Notes under the pieces: model-generated | The model's input: only the letters and a program-made list of their open reading frames with translations | What the model was told of the DNA's origin: nothing | The model's database searches: none | Program-made: the position numbers and the translations under genes | In this document: in pieces, positions 39,015-49,787 of the stretch | Position numbering within the stretch: position 1 is the stretch's first letter | Layout: each line of letters opens with the position of its first letter | Origin: Candidatus Latescibacterota bacterium | GTDB taxonomy: Bacteria > Latescibacterota > UBA2968 | Length of the DNA: 64,000 nucleotides | Assembly: GCA_965204745.1 (NCBI GenBank) | Contig: OZ242010.1 | Coordinates: 3,424,001 to 3,488,000 of the forward strand | Direction of reading: 5' to 3'

Positions 39015-41978
39015 ATGTCATTTATCCGACCAAAAGCGCACATCCTCCGCGTGCAGATCGCCCTTGCCATCTGCGCGGGGACGGCATTGGGGCAAGGCGT
39101 GCCGCCGGACGAATCGTGGCGCACCCTCGACACCGAGCACTTTCGCATCCACTTTCCCGAGCACCTCGAAGCCCTGGGCCGCCGGGCCGCGGAGCGCGCG
39201 GAGTGGGCGTATGCGCGCTTGTCCGAGGAATTTCTCGAGGGGCCGCGCGGGACAATCGATCTGGTGGTCTCCGACCACGTCGATGTCTCGAATGGCTTTG
39301 CGACCGTGTGGCCGTCAAACCGCATCGTCATCTATGCCCGACCGCCTGTGGATAATTTCGGGCTCGCGTATTTCGACGACTATCTAAAAAACGTCATCGC
39401 CCATGAAGTGACGCACATCTTCCACATCGACCGGGTGGGTCGCTACAATTTGCGCCAAGTGTTCGGGCGCGTGCCGTTGCCGGTGGGCGCGTTTCCCGCG
39501 TACACCCTCCCGCGATGGGTACATGAAGGCATCGCCACCTGGTACGAATCCGCGCTGACCGGCACCGGGCGGGTGGAGGGCACCTTTCACGACATGGTCT
39601 TGCGAACAGCAACACGCGAAGGCCGCTTCGAGTCCATGGCCCAAGCAGGGGGCAACTCGCCGCAGTGGCCGGGGGGCACGCGGAGCTATGCTTATGGGTC
39701 GCTCTTTTTTGACCACCTCATCAAAAAATACGGGCGCGACCGGATGGTGGCCTTTGTCAAAGCCGTAGAGGAACAGCCGATCCCCTATCGCCTCAATGCC
39801 GCGGGCCGCCGCGCATTTGGCGTCACCTTGTCGAGCGCGTGGCAGGCGTGGGCAGATGCGCGATTGGAATCGGCGGCGACGCTGGACCGGGAACTCGCTG
39901 CGTTTGGCGCGATCACCGAGGCAGAGACCCTGACCCGCGGCGCCCGCTATGCGCGCCATCCCAAAATATCCCCGGATGGCGCGTCACTGGTCTATGTCCG
40001 CTCGGATGGCAGGTCGGATGTGCAAATAGTATCGACCGACCCAAATGGCGGCGACGAAGCCACAATCGCGCTGACCACCGGGGGCGCGTTCTCATTCGCG
40101 CCGAATGGCGATATCGTCTTCGCGGCGATTGATTTTGCGGACCGGTATCGGCAGTTCAGCGATCTCTACCGGGTGAGGCCGGGGCGTGCGGTCCAGCGCG
40201 TGACCGTAAATGCCCGGTTGACCGCGCCGTCGGTCGCCCCCGATAGTTGGGCAGTTGCCATAGCAGAAGGCCGGGGGACGAACGGATTGGCGCGGGTCGA
40301 TCTCCGCGATGGCAGTATTGAAATGCTGGCGCCGCCCAGGATGGAAGTCCACTGGGCGTACCCCGCGGTCTCGCCCGATGGCCGGTACATCGCCGCGACT
40401 CGCTGGACGGGCGGGCGGCACGACATCGTCATTCTCGATGCAACGGGCAAGCTCGTCTGCGAAGTGACGCGGGACAGGGCACTCGACTTTGCCCCTTCTT
40501 GGAGCGCGGACGGGCGATGGCTGGTCTGGTCGTCCGACCGCACGGGCATTCCCAATGTGCTGGCGGCCGAGGTGGATCGGGGAACGACGTCTCCCCCGGT
40601 GATGCTGACCAATGTCCGCACGGGCGCGGCGTTTCCAAGCGTGGACCCGTCCGGGCGGTGGCTCTATTTTTCTGGGTACCACGTCAATGGGTGGGAGGTA
40701 GAGCGCGTCCCCTTCAATCCCACCGATGCGCCGCGCGCGCCTCAACCGAGGGATGAACCGCACGCAGTCACCGCGGAAAGACCGACCGCCCACCTCGAGG
40801 GGCCGGCCCGTGCGTACTCGCCATTGCCGACCCTGCGGCCCTCCTACTGGTGGCTGGATGCGACTGGGCCGACAGCGATAAAATTCGCCACCTCAGAGGG
40901 GAAAACCTCCCGCGTCGCGGTCCTCGGCTACGCCATCGGCGCGCAAACCTCTGGCGTTGACCTCATGAACCGGCACGCTTATGCGGTTCGCGCTCGCGTT
41001 TTCCTGCCAGGCCCTTCGGGCATAAGGTCAGCGGGCCGGCTGTCTTACGTGTATCGCGGCTTGGGCAATCCCACGCTCGGCATATCCCTGTTGCAAAACT
41101 GGGACGGGGATGGCGCGAGAAGCCGACAGGGAAACGCGGCGCGGGATACGTTCTTCGTGCTCGAACGAGCGCGGGGCGTTGCCGTGTCGCTAACGCTGGC
41201 GCGACAAAAAATTCGCAGCGACTTATCGCTCGCGCTCTCCGGCGGGTTGGTGCGCGAAGATCGAGAAGTACTGGACCGCGCATTGCAGTTGACCGATCAG
41301 TTGCAACTCGACCGACCGAGCAACGCGCTGGGCGAAGTGTCGGCCCGCTTCTCTGCCTCCACCGCGAGATCGCACGCCTTTCAGATGGGCCGAGCGACCG
41401 GCGTGTCTTTCTCTGTCCGCGCCAGGCGCCGCAAGGACCTCAACGCACCCCCGGGGGAACCCGCGAGGGATCGATCATTCGATAGCGTCATCGGCATCTT
41501 CAGAACTTATGCACGGTTGCCCGGGCGACAATTTGCTGCGCCCGTGTTGGCCCTGCGGGCGAGCGCGGGGGCGGCGCGCGGGCCGGGCAGGGGCACCGGG
41601 TATTTTGACATCGGCGGGGCTACCGCACAACGCGCTTTTCCAGCGCGGGGCTACGAGACGACGACGCGATCCGGCCGCCGCGCCTGGGCCGCGTCTGTGG
41701 AGTACCGCGTGCCCATCGCGTTGATAAACCGCGGCCTGGGATCCTGGCCCCTGCACGCAGATCGACTCTTTGGATCGATCTTCATCGACGCCGCAGACGC
41801 TTGGGTCCCTAACGCATCGCAGCCGCGACCCCGGCCCCTGCTGTCCGCTGGCGCGGAGATCATCGCCGACACCGCCGCGCTCTACTTGTTCTCCATCCGC
41901 CTCCGCCTTGGCGCGGCGCGCAGGTTCACGGCACCGAGGGGATTCGGATATTACGGTCGGCTCGGTATGTCGTTTTGA
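39015..41978 (+). CDS. Outer-membrane protein: gluzincin peptidase, TolB/PD40 propeller and Omp85-like barrel
   Basis: HEVTH...EGIA, SPDG repeats, RGY in the barrel loop, C-terminal Phe. Confidence 0.72.
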   Translation: MSFIRPKAHILRVQIALAICAGTALGQGVPPDESWRTLDTEHFRIHFPEHLEALGRRAAERAEWAYARLSEEFLEGPRGTIDLVVSDHVDVSNGFATVWPSNRIVIYARPPVDNFGLAYFDDYLKNVIAHEVTHIFHIDRVGRYNLRQVFGRVPLPVGAFPAYTLPRWVHEGIATWYESALTGTGRVEGTFHDMVLRTATREGRFESMAQAGGNSPQWPGGTRSYAYGSLFFDHLIKKYGRDRMVAFVKAVEEQPIPYRLNAAGRRAFGVTLSSAWQAWADARLESAATLDRELAAFGAITEAETLTRGARYARHPKISPDGASLVYVRSDGRSDVQIVSTDPNGGDEATIALTTGGAFSFAPNGDIVFAAIDFADRYRQFSDLYRVRPGRAVQRVTVNARLTAPSVAPDSWAVAIAEGRGTNGLARVDLRDGSIEMLAPPRMEVHWAYPAVSPDGRYIAATRWTGGRHDIVILDATGKLVCEVTRDRALDFAPSWSADGRWLVWSSDRTGIPNVLAAEVDRGTTSPPVMLTNVRTGAAFPSVDPSGRWLYFSGYHVNGWEVERVPFNPTDAPRAPQPRDEPHAVTAERPTAHLEGPARAYSPLPTLRPSYWWLDATGPTAIKFATSEGKTSRVAVLGYAIGAQTSGVDLMNRHAYAVRARVFLPGPSGIRSAGRLSYVYRGLGNPTLGISLLQNWDGDGARSRQGNAARDTFFVLERARGVAVSLTLARQKIRSDLSLALSGGLVREDREVLDRALQLTDQLQLDRPSNALGEVSARFSASTARSHAFQMGRATGVSFSVRARRRKDLNAPPGEPARDRSFDSVIGIFRTYARLPGRQFAAPVLALRASAGAARGPGRGTGYFDIGGATAQRAFPARGYETTTRSGRRAWAASVEYRVPIALINRGLGSWPLHADRLFGSIFIDAADAWVPNASQPRPRPLLSAGAEIIADTAALYLFSIRLRLGAARRFTAPRGFGYYGRLGMSF

Positions 41979-42020
41979 ATGCCCCCCTCGCCCGGCGCGT
42001 GACAACAGAATAAAAAAGGC

Positions 42021-42050
42021 TTGACATGCCTATTTCAATGGCGTTATCAT
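42021..42050 (+). promoter_or_regulatory. Sigma70-like promoter of the TonB/T9SS locus
   Basis: TTGACA-18 nt-TATCAT. Confidence 0.55.
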
Positions 42051-42195
42051 GTGTGACACTTTGCATCGAAATTCCTAAACCAAAGAAAGGGGTGAGTCCG
42101 ATGCACTAAGATGGCGCGCGTTGCAACCGATTCAGCTTTCGTTTGGGTTAAGCAGTTCCATTATTTTGCGGTTTTAGCCGCAGAGAGGAGAGTTT

Positions 42196-42915
42196 ATGAC
42201 ACGCACATTGCGTATTTTCCTTTTGGGTGTCTTGATGGCACTTCCGTCGGGAGAGTTGTTCGCCGACACCCATCAGAACCGATGGGGTATCGGGGGGTTT
42301 GTCAATTACCAAGTTCCCCTGTTCAATTTGAGGGACCGCTACGACCAGACGGGAAAATACGGTTTTAATTTGAACTATGTGGCGAGCAACCTGGTGACCG
42401 TCGAGGTGGAATATTACTATTCCAAATTCGACAATGGGAAACTGGCAACCACGCCCTTTACCTACCCGATTGACGGTCAAGACTACATCAGTCCCGATGC
42501 TTCTTCGACGATGACCTACAACAGCCTGTGCGTGAACGCGCTCGTCTTTGTGGGCGAGGAGAATCAACTACACGGGTTTCGCGCAAAGGACTATCGCCAC
42601 TACTTGGCTCTCGGCGGCGGCTTTTTCCGCTACAATGCCGAGAACCGCAATCTGGTATGGCCCGCCCAGACCAGCGAAGAGATCGATCTCACGGCTGCCA
42701 TGGATCCGCAAATTGACAAGCGCACGACTATCGCGCTGACCGCAGGCGCGGGTCTCGAGGCATTTGTGGTCGATAACATCAGCTTGGATGTGCGCGGGCG
42801 CTTAAACTTCGTGGTGGGCGAGTTGAGGCCCATGCTCTTTTACGGTCTGGAACGCACCCGGCCGTTGATGTCCTTTGACGTCGGCGCTGGCGTTAAGTTT
42901 TACTTTTGGCGTTGA
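42196..42915 (+). CDS. Small outer-membrane beta-barrel protein
   Basis: Signal peptide, amphipathic strands, C-terminal GVKFYFWR. Confidence 0.75.
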   Translation: MTRTLRIFLLGVLMALPSGELFADTHQNRWGIGGFVNYQVPLFNLRDRYDQTGKYGFNLNYVASNLVTVEVEYYYSKFDNGKLATTPFTYPIDGQDYISPDASSTMTYNSLCVNALVFVGEENQLHGFRAKDYRHYLALGGGFFRYNAENRNLVWPAQTSEEIDLTAAMDPQIDKRTTIALTAGAGLEAFVVDNISLDVRGRLNFVVGELRPMLFYGLERTRPLMSFDVGAGVKFYFWR

Positions 42916-42950
42916 GCCGGAACCACACTCTTTCTTTAGGAGGTCGTGCT

Positions 42951-45900
42951 ATGAAGCACAGATTGTCGTTTTTTAATTTGCTGGCTGTCGGCGCATTCCT
43001 GCTCGCAGGCGCCGGCGATTCGTGGGCGCAACACGGAAAGGTCAACGGGGTTGTTCGAGATGCTGGCGGGGATCCGTTGCCGGGCGCCAATGTGGTGGTC
43101 AAAGGCGTGCAGCGCGGGGCCGTTACCGATGCCGATGGGTATTACGCCATCATCCAAGTCGATCCCGGGCGCGTGACCCTCACCGGGTCCCTCGTCGGCT
43201 ACGAGACCGTTCAGGTGCAGGATGTGCTGGTCATCGCGGATCAGACCATCACCGTGAATTTCACGCTCAAAGAAGCCGCTGTGGAACTCGGGGAACTGGT
43301 GGTGATCGCGGATCGCCCATTGGTGGAGCCAGACAAGACCACGAGCAAGTACACCGTGACGCTCGAAGAAACCGAGCGCATTTTGAGCCTCGTGCGGAAT
43401 ACCGCCGAAATTTTGCAGTTGCAACCCGGCGTGTCCGTCGACGGGTCCAACCGGTTGCGCGGCAGTCGCGTCGGCAACACGGCCGAAGTTCCGTGGGGCA
43501 GCGACGTGGCCTATATGGTCGATGGCGTGCGGATGAATTACAACGACGGGCGCGGCGCAGGCGGGCAGTTCCGAACCGTGAACCGCGGCGCCATTCAGGA
43601 ATTGTCCGTACTCACCGGCGTGACGCCTGCCGAGTTTGGCAATGCCCAAGCCGGCGTGGTGCAGATCGTGACCAAAGAAGGGGGAAACCAATACAATGGG
43701 TGGGCGGAATACCGCTATGAACCGGCCGGGAAAAAGCACTGGGGCGAAAATGTCTATGACTCCCCACAGCACCAAGACAAGATGCAGTGGGACAACCCCA
43801 CTTGGCTGACCGAACGGCGGCCCGATGTTTCGGATGATCCCATGCTGAAAGAACAGGTCGGCGAGCCCCTGCACACCCGAGAGGATTACACGGAGGTCGG
43901 CGGTTGGGACGCCGAGGCAAATGTTTCAGGCCCCATCGGCACGAACGTGTCATTTGTGGTCACGGCAAAACACAGCCGCTTGGCCAACCCCTTTCCGGGC
44001 TCCAAACAGACGGGGTTTTACAACGATACCAACACCTTTATCCCCACGGGGCCGGACAATCTCTCGCTTTCGGGGAGTTTCACCTTTAGGCCAACGCAGA
44101 ATTTGAAGTTGAAATTGGGCGGGCTTTACCAAGGTTACGAGTTTTGGTCCAACGGCGTGTCCGATCCGTGGATCCGCACGGCGGATTCCATTCCGGGCGT
44201 GCATCGCGGGCTAGGCGACAGCGGCAGGGATCTGTTCTTGCCCGCGAACTGGTCCGCAGCGGGCAAGCGCAGAGATCGCGAAGAGTTGCAATATCTGGTG
44301 GTGACGCACACGATCTCACCCAAAACGTTTTACGAAGTGCGCTTGTCGCGCAGCCGCTCAAAGACCGATACCATCGGCGTGTATCAGGCGACATCGGCCA
44401 ACAACAAGGGCGATGCCAACTGGTTTAACGTCGGGCGAACCGCGGCTCGCTGGAAGGTGGCCGACCGCAATCGGCTGGGGATCAAGGTGGATTTGACCTC
44501 TCAGGTGACAAAGGGCCACTTGATCAAGGCGGGGATTGAAGTGATGCGCCGCGACATCGCCATGACGATCATCGCCAACTCCAGCCCTGCGGACCGACAT
44601 CTGATGTTTGTCGCGGATCAGGGACAACTCGGCGAGGGCGTCAACCCCTATTCCATCAACACCTACGTGCAGGACAAGATGGAATTTGAGGGCATGATCG
44701 TGAACCTGGGGCTGCGGATGGATGCGTTCAATCCCAATACCCGCAGGATCACGCACGGTGGGTTCCGCGGTTCCGAGATGTTACGCACCTATACCCGAGC
44801 GCGCGATTACGCGTACCATGACGGATCGATCTGGTCCACAAACGCGCCGTGGCATGTGGTGTTTAGCCCGCGCATCGGGATTTCGCATCCCATCACCGAG
44901 CGGGCGCAGTTCCGCTTCTCGTCGGGCGTGTACTTGCAGTGGGCCGATCTGTGGTTCTACTTCGGCGAGGATTTCTGGGTCGCGGGCAAGGCCGAAGACC
45001 GAGATATCAACGGCAACGGCCGGATCGACGAGACGGAACGCTACAACAACTTGGAAACCACGTACAGCGGGCGAAACGGCTCGCACCTCTTGCGCCCGGC
45101 CAAAACAACGGCGTTTGAAGTGGGGGCCGATTGGAACTTCGTCTCGAATTACACCGCGGCGATAACGGCTTATTACCGGTCTGAAGTCGAGCAATTTACG
45201 TGGTATCCCAACGAAGACTGGCGGGGGCCGCGCGTCACCCACTTGCGCTATTCCCGCACGCTGGACAACGGCGCGTACGGCGATACCCGAGGCGTGGAAC
45301 TCGCGTTGCGAAAGCAGTTCAGCGACAATTTCTCATTCAATTTGTCCTACAACTACCAGTGGGCGTCGTTCACCACTGGGAAGCGCGGCAATGTCGTGCG
45401 CCGGGCCTACATGGATGAGAACGGCGTGAGGCGCGGCGCGGTCAATGTCGCCTATACGCATCCGGACCTCGGCGTGCCCGTGCCCGATGTGTGGGTCGAG
45501 TGGGACGCCCATCCCTCGGGCAGCGAAGTGCCGCGCATGATGTCGCAGGAAGATATCGACTTCTATGCCGAACGGGCGAATGATCGCTTCGAGGCAAACT
45601 CCGAGTCTCTCGCGTATGGCAATACCTTGGGCACGGGCGAGTGGGATGGCCCGCGTTCGGCCGAAGGCGTGCCCGAAGACAAGGGCGTTTATATCATTAC
45701 CGGCGGTTATAGCCAGTTGTTCCTCAAACCGCGTTCTGGAGATCGGCGGCAATACGGCAGTGCCTCGATGTTGGCTTCCTTCCCATCCGATTTCAACCGG
45801 GGCGGGGCCATCGTCAGCGCGGTCTTGCGGAATATGCGTATCAACCTGGTCACGCGGATTGAAACGGGCGGGTTGTTCCGCTACAGCCCTCCCGAAGGCG

Positions 45901-46187
45901 GCGTGCGCCCCTACCGCGAACTGGCGATGGACTCGCGCACGGACCTCGCGCTGGAAAGGACGTTTGCCATCACGTCCCGGATTCAAACCTCGGTGTTTCT
46001 CGATGTACGCAACTTGTTCGATCAGAAAGACCGAACCAGCCCGACCAACCGGAACGACTACACGTATTACGGGGTCGATGGCCCCCGACCGACCGACAGT
46101 ACCTACCTGCAATACGGCGACGTGCGCGACAGAACTTATGCACACACGCCGAGGTTGACGCAGGTGGGCGTGCGATTTAACTGGTAG
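42951..46187 (+). CDS. TonB-dependent receptor with carboxypeptidase-regulatory-like N-domain
   Basis: PLPGANVVV...TDADGYY, plug (AEFGNAQAGVVQIVTK), barrel ending GVRFNW; AGGAGG RBS. Confidence 0.9.
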   Translation: MKHRLSFFNLLAVGAFLLAGAGDSWAQHGKVNGVVRDAGGDPLPGANVVVKGVQRGAVTDADGYYAIIQVDPGRVTLTGSLVGYETVQVQDVLVIADQTITVNFTLKEAAVELGELVVIADRPLVEPDKTTSKYTVTLEETERILSLVRNTAEILQLQPGVSVDGSNRLRGSRVGNTAEVPWGSDVAYMVDGVRMNYNDGRGAGGQFRTVNRGAIQELSVLTGVTPAEFGNAQAGVVQIVTKEGGNQYNGWAEYRYEPAGKKHWGENVYDSPQHQDKMQWDNPTWLTERRPDVSDDPMLKEQVGEPLHTREDYTEVGGWDAEANVSGPIGTNVSFVVTAKHSRLANPFPGSKQTGFYNDTNTFIPTGPDNLSLSGSFTFRPTQNLKLKLGGLYQGYEFWSNGVSDPWIRTADSIPGVHRGLGDSGRDLFLPANWSAAGKRRDREELQYLVVTHTISPKTFYEVRLSRSRSKTDTIGVYQATSANNKGDANWFNVGRTAARWKVADRNRLGIKVDLTSQVTKGHLIKAGIEVMRRDIAMTIIANSSPADRHLMFVADQGQLGEGVNPYSINTYVQDKMEFEGMIVNLGLRMDAFNPNTRRITHGGFRGSEMLRTYTRARDYAYHDGSIWSTNAPWHVVFSPRIGISHPITERAQFRFSSGVYLQWADLWFYFGEDFWVAGKAEDRDINGNGRIDETERYNNLETTYSGRNGSHLLRPAKTTAFEVGADWNFVSNYTAAITAYYRSEVEQFTWYPNEDWRGPRVTHLRYSRTLDNGAYGDTRGVELALRKQFSDNFSFNLSYNYQWASFTTGKRGNVVRRAYMDENGVRRGAVNVAYTHPDLGVPVPDVWVEWDAHPSGSEVPRMMSQEDIDFYAERANDRFEANSESLAYGNTLGTGEWDGPRSAEGVPEDKGVYIITGGYSQLFLKPRSGDRRQYGSASMLASFPSDFNRGGAIVSAVLRNMRINLVTRIETGGLFRYSPPEGGVRPYRELAMDSRTDLALERTFAITSRIQTSVFLDVRNLFDQKDRTSPTNRNDYTYYGVDGPRPTDSTYLQYGDVRDRTYAHTPRLTQVGVRFNW

Positions 46188-46256
46188 CGGTTTAAGTGGG
46201 CGGGCCTCGCGCCCGCTCACCTTACCCTTTCCGAAACCCGAGATGGAGGGCGAGGA

Positions 46257-48668
46257 ATGACGCGATTTAAGATTTGTACAGGGTGGGTCGGACTTTTTGC
46301 TATCGCTGTTTTGGCGACCAATGCCGCGGCGCAATTCGACCCAAATGTGGTCCCGTTCAGGGAAAACACCAGGGCACTGATCACCAACTCGTGGAACAAC
46401 ATGGGCATCCAAGGGGGCAACCCCGAGATCAACCGGGGCGGCGACCGAAATGCCTATCCGCACAATGGCGCGGGGCCAGGCTCTTTCGGCCAAGTGTTGT
46501 CGCAATTTACGAGTGGTCCAAAGTCCCAGGTGTACAACGACTACAAGACCTCGATGGGCGATGGCTTGTGGATTTTGACGAGCGACGGGCAAATCAGCCT
46601 GACCGGCCCCAGGCCGTCGCCGTGGATCAAGGATTTTATTCGCCCATTGCCCTACGACCCGAGGGGCAACGAGGAAGAGAATTGGGGGGTGGTCAACCCC
46701 TTGCGGCTGTCCGACGGTTCGGCAAATATCATCGCCAGTTGGAGCGGCGGCGGCAACGAACCGTGGTTGTCTAATTACTGGCCGGGTGTGACGCCGTCGG
46801 ATTTTGGGAGTTACTTGGGCAACGAGTTCGACCCGTCTTCCACGGGCCCGGTCGTGATCGCCAATTACCGATTGGGCGAGTACATCGTGGACCAGACGAT
46901 CCCGGAAGAGACGATCATCACCCGATGGGTGCATATCAAGCAGGGCATTCAGGTGACGCGGCGGGTGTACAATTGGAGCCATCCGAACTTCGACGATTTT
47001 TATTTGGTGGATTTGACATTTACCAATACGGGTGACTTCGACGGGGACGGGCAGGAAGACGCCCCCGGTGCGACGGCGGCCCAGAACGATATGTACTTTG
47101 CATTTGTCAATTCCTGGGTGTCTGCGGCCATGGGCCTTCAGGAGGCCTTCGGTTGGGATGGGTACGTCACGGCTGGCAATGGGCGTGGCGTGGATGATAT
47201 TTATCATTTTTCGGACGCGGCCAACTACGGCGGTGCGTTCGCGCCCGGTTACAAGGCCAGCATTTTCCGCGATTCGGATAACCCGTTGACGCCGCACGAC
47301 GATACGGGCGACCCGTTCTTCCAGCGGTTGGGCGAAATCGACGTGTTGCAAACCGAGGGGCAACTCCGCGCGCCCCAACACATCGTGATGGCGCCCATTG
47401 CTTTTACCGACGATGCGGGCATACACGCCTTCAACGACCGCGACCGAGGCAAATACGTCCAGCCCCAAGGCGACCAACCCGTCTCGGCGCAGTGGTGGCA
47501 GGCGAGGTCCAAAAGCGACTTCGACGATCCCTATACCGAGAACGACACCGAGTCCGCGATGTATTCGGCCATGCTCAAAACCGGGATCAAGGACAACCCC
47601 AACGAGAACAATGTCGACGACCGGAAAATCTACATTTTCTCGCAAGTCTATGGCCCGTACACGTTGCAAGCCGGCGAAAGTGCCAAGATCGTCATGGCCT
47701 TTGTGGCCGGGCACCCGGCGCAGATGAAGAACGTGGACATCCTGACATGGGACCGGTCGAGCGACCCGGTGGAGACGAAGATCCAGGAGTTCAAAACCCT
47801 GGGCGAGCAGGCGGCGTTCGAGAATTTGCAACTCGCGCACTTTATTTACGACGCCAATTTCCACCATCCGCCCGCGCCGATGAACGCGTTTATTTCCGCC
47901 GATGATCTGACGTCCAGCGGCTTTGCCCGCCAACAGATTTCCTGGGCAGACGATGCGGACCGCGCGGTCAATCCCTATCTCGGCACGCAAGACATCGTGG
48001 GCTACCGCGTGTATCGCTCCACTTGGTTTGGGTGGGGCCCTTGGGAGTTGCACGACACGGTGCTCAAAGGCCAGAGCGGTTCCAGCGTCAATGGAAACTG
48101 GTCATTGTCCGGCGGGAAGTACACGTACGAGGATTTGGACACGGCAGCCGGGTTTGAGTATCACTACTCGGTGCGGCCCTACAACGGCGGCTACGGCAGT
48201 TGGATGGGCGGCGGAATGACCCTGGTGGATTTGCCCACGGGCAGGGCGCGCACCAATGCCTCGAGTGGGTACGAGAGCGGCTGGGGCCCGCCTACTGCAC
48301 GCACGTATGACGGGGACGACAGGCGCCCATTCCAGCCGACCACTTCGGAAACGGATCAACTCGACCGCAAAGTGTTGGTGGTGCCAAATCCCTATTTTGT
48401 GGATGGCAAGCACCAATATCCCAACAGCCGCAACCTGCGATTCGTCGGGATTCCGAGCAAGTGCAAAATCCACATTTTTTCGGCTTCTGGCGACAGGGTC
48501 TATACCATAGATCACGACAATCCGGATCGAGGCGAAGCGGCGTTTCGGCAAGTCACCTACAATTTGGCCGGCGAAATCCAAACCGGCCTGTACTACTTTG
48601 TGGTGGTGTCTGAAACCCAAGGCAGCCAAAACAAGATCCAGCGCGGCACTTTTGTGGTGATTAAGTAG
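46257..48668 (+). CDS. Secreted protein with T9SS type-A/FlgD-Ig-like C-terminal domain
   Basis: Signal peptide; VVPNPY...IHIFSASGDRV...GLYYFVV...GTFVVIK C-terminus. Confidence 0.75.
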   Translation: MTRFKICTGWVGLFAIAVLATNAAAQFDPNVVPFRENTRALITNSWNNMGIQGGNPEINRGGDRNAYPHNGAGPGSFGQVLSQFTSGPKSQVYNDYKTSMGDGLWILTSDGQISLTGPRPSPWIKDFIRPLPYDPRGNEEENWGVVNPLRLSDGSANIIASWSGGGNEPWLSNYWPGVTPSDFGSYLGNEFDPSSTGPVVIANYRLGEYIVDQTIPEETIITRWVHIKQGIQVTRRVYNWSHPNFDDFYLVDLTFTNTGDFDGDGQEDAPGATAAQNDMYFAFVNSWVSAAMGLQEAFGWDGYVTAGNGRGVDDIYHFSDAANYGGAFAPGYKASIFRDSDNPLTPHDDTGDPFFQRLGEIDVLQTEGQLRAPQHIVMAPIAFTDDAGIHAFNDRDRGKYVQPQGDQPVSAQWWQARSKSDFDDPYTENDTESAMYSAMLKTGIKDNPNENNVDDRKIYIFSQVYGPYTLQAGESAKIVMAFVAGHPAQMKNVDILTWDRSSDPVETKIQEFKTLGEQAAFENLQLAHFIYDANFHHPPAPMNAFISADDLTSSGFARQQISWADDADRAVNPYLGTQDIVGYRVYRSTWFGWGPWELHDTVLKGQSGSSVNGNWSLSGGKYTYEDLDTAAGFEYHYSVRPYNGGYGSWMGGGMTLVDLPTGRARTNASSGYESGWGPPTARTYDGDDRRPFQPTTSETDQLDRKVLVVPNPYFVDGKHQYPNSRNLRFVGIPSKCKIHIFSASGDRVYTIDHDNPDRGEAAFRQVTYNLAGEIQTGLYYFVVVSETQGSQNKIQRGTFVVIK

Positions 48669-48684
48669 AGGAGGAGGTATCATT

Positions 48685-49683
48685 GTGAAACGGAAAAATC
48701 TCATGCTCACAGCGGTCCTGGGCCTGCTGCTGATCGCCAGTCCCGTTCTCGGCCTTGAATCGGAAGGCGTCACCGGGATCAAAGGGGTTAAAAAGGTCAA
48801 CATCTCAGGCATGCAGTTTTTGAAAATCGGGCAGGGTGCTCGCGCCGTGGGAATGGGCGATTCATACACGGCGATTGCCGATGATATCAATGCCATTTTC
48901 TGGAATGGCGCCGGGCTGACCCACGTGGACCGGTTCGCCTACCAGGCCAACTACACGAAGTGGCTGGCCGGAACGGACCTGTATTCGGCGGCGGCGGTTT
49001 TCAATACGCATTCGTCTCGGGGCGAGGTGATCGGCGTCAGCTTGATCACGCAGCAGGTGGAACCCATCGAAGAGACCACCATTTTCCAGCCGAATGGCAC
49101 GGGGCAATTCATCGACGTGAACTACATGGCCGTGGGCGTTCTCTACGCCATCAAATTCACGGATAAGTTTTCGTTCAGCGCGAAGGCCAACTACGTGCAG
49201 GAAAAACTGTACACGCAGACGACCAACACGTTCACGGTGGATTTGGGCAGCCATTTCTACACCGGATTTAGAAGCCTGCGCGTGGCGATGTCGTTCAAGA
49301 ATTTCGGGCCGGATCAGAAATCCCGCGAAGAGGCATTTTCGTATCTGATGCCCCTGACCTACAACATGGGCCTCGCGGCCGAGGTCTATGGCGAAAAGGG
49401 CGATCCGACCTATTTGACAGTGGCCGCCGAGAGCGTCTTTCCCGTGGACTTCGAGCAACGCTATCACGTTGGCGCAGAACTCTGGTACCAAAACATGATC
49501 GCGGTGCGCGCGGGTTACAAGTGGAACTACGACCTCGAGAATTTTGCGTTCGGCGCGGGGTTTAAGCAAACAGTGGGCGGGCAAACCTTTTCGGTGGATG
49601 TGTCCTATTCGCTGCTGAAGAATATTGACGGCGTGGCTCTGTTCGATTCGCCGCTGCGCGTGTCTATCGGCGGCACGTTCTAA
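48685..49683 (+). CDS. PorV/PorQ-family protein
   Basis: FLKIGQGARAVGMG...AIADDINAIFWNGAGL N-terminus; barrel with terminal Phe. Confidence 0.82.
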   Translation: MKRKNLMLTAVLGLLLIASPVLGLESEGVTGIKGVKKVNISGMQFLKIGQGARAVGMGDSYTAIADDINAIFWNGAGLTHVDRFAYQANYTKWLAGTDLYSAAAVFNTHSSRGEVIGVSLITQQVEPIEETTIFQPNGTGQFIDVNYMAVGVLYAIKFTDKFSFSAKANYVQEKLYTQTTNTFTVDLGSHFYTGFRSLRVAMSFKNFGPDQKSREEAFSYLMPLTYNMGLAAEVYGEKGDPTYLTVAAESVFPVDFEQRYHVGAELWYQNMIAVRAGYKWNYDLENFAFGAGFKQTVGGQTFSVDVSYSLLKNIDGVALFDSPLRVSIGGTF

Positions 49684-49787
49684 TCCCGCGATCACAGAGG
49701 CTGTACACTTTCGGGCGACTGCCGGGGTTTGCCCCCCTGCAATCGCCCTTTGTATTCTGTATCAAAATCAAATTCTGTACCCAAAAC

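Noticed and set aside
45333-48053. 906-aa minus-strand ORF
   Set aside because: Antisense to two well-supported genes; expected shadow ORF in GC-rich, codon-biased DNA.
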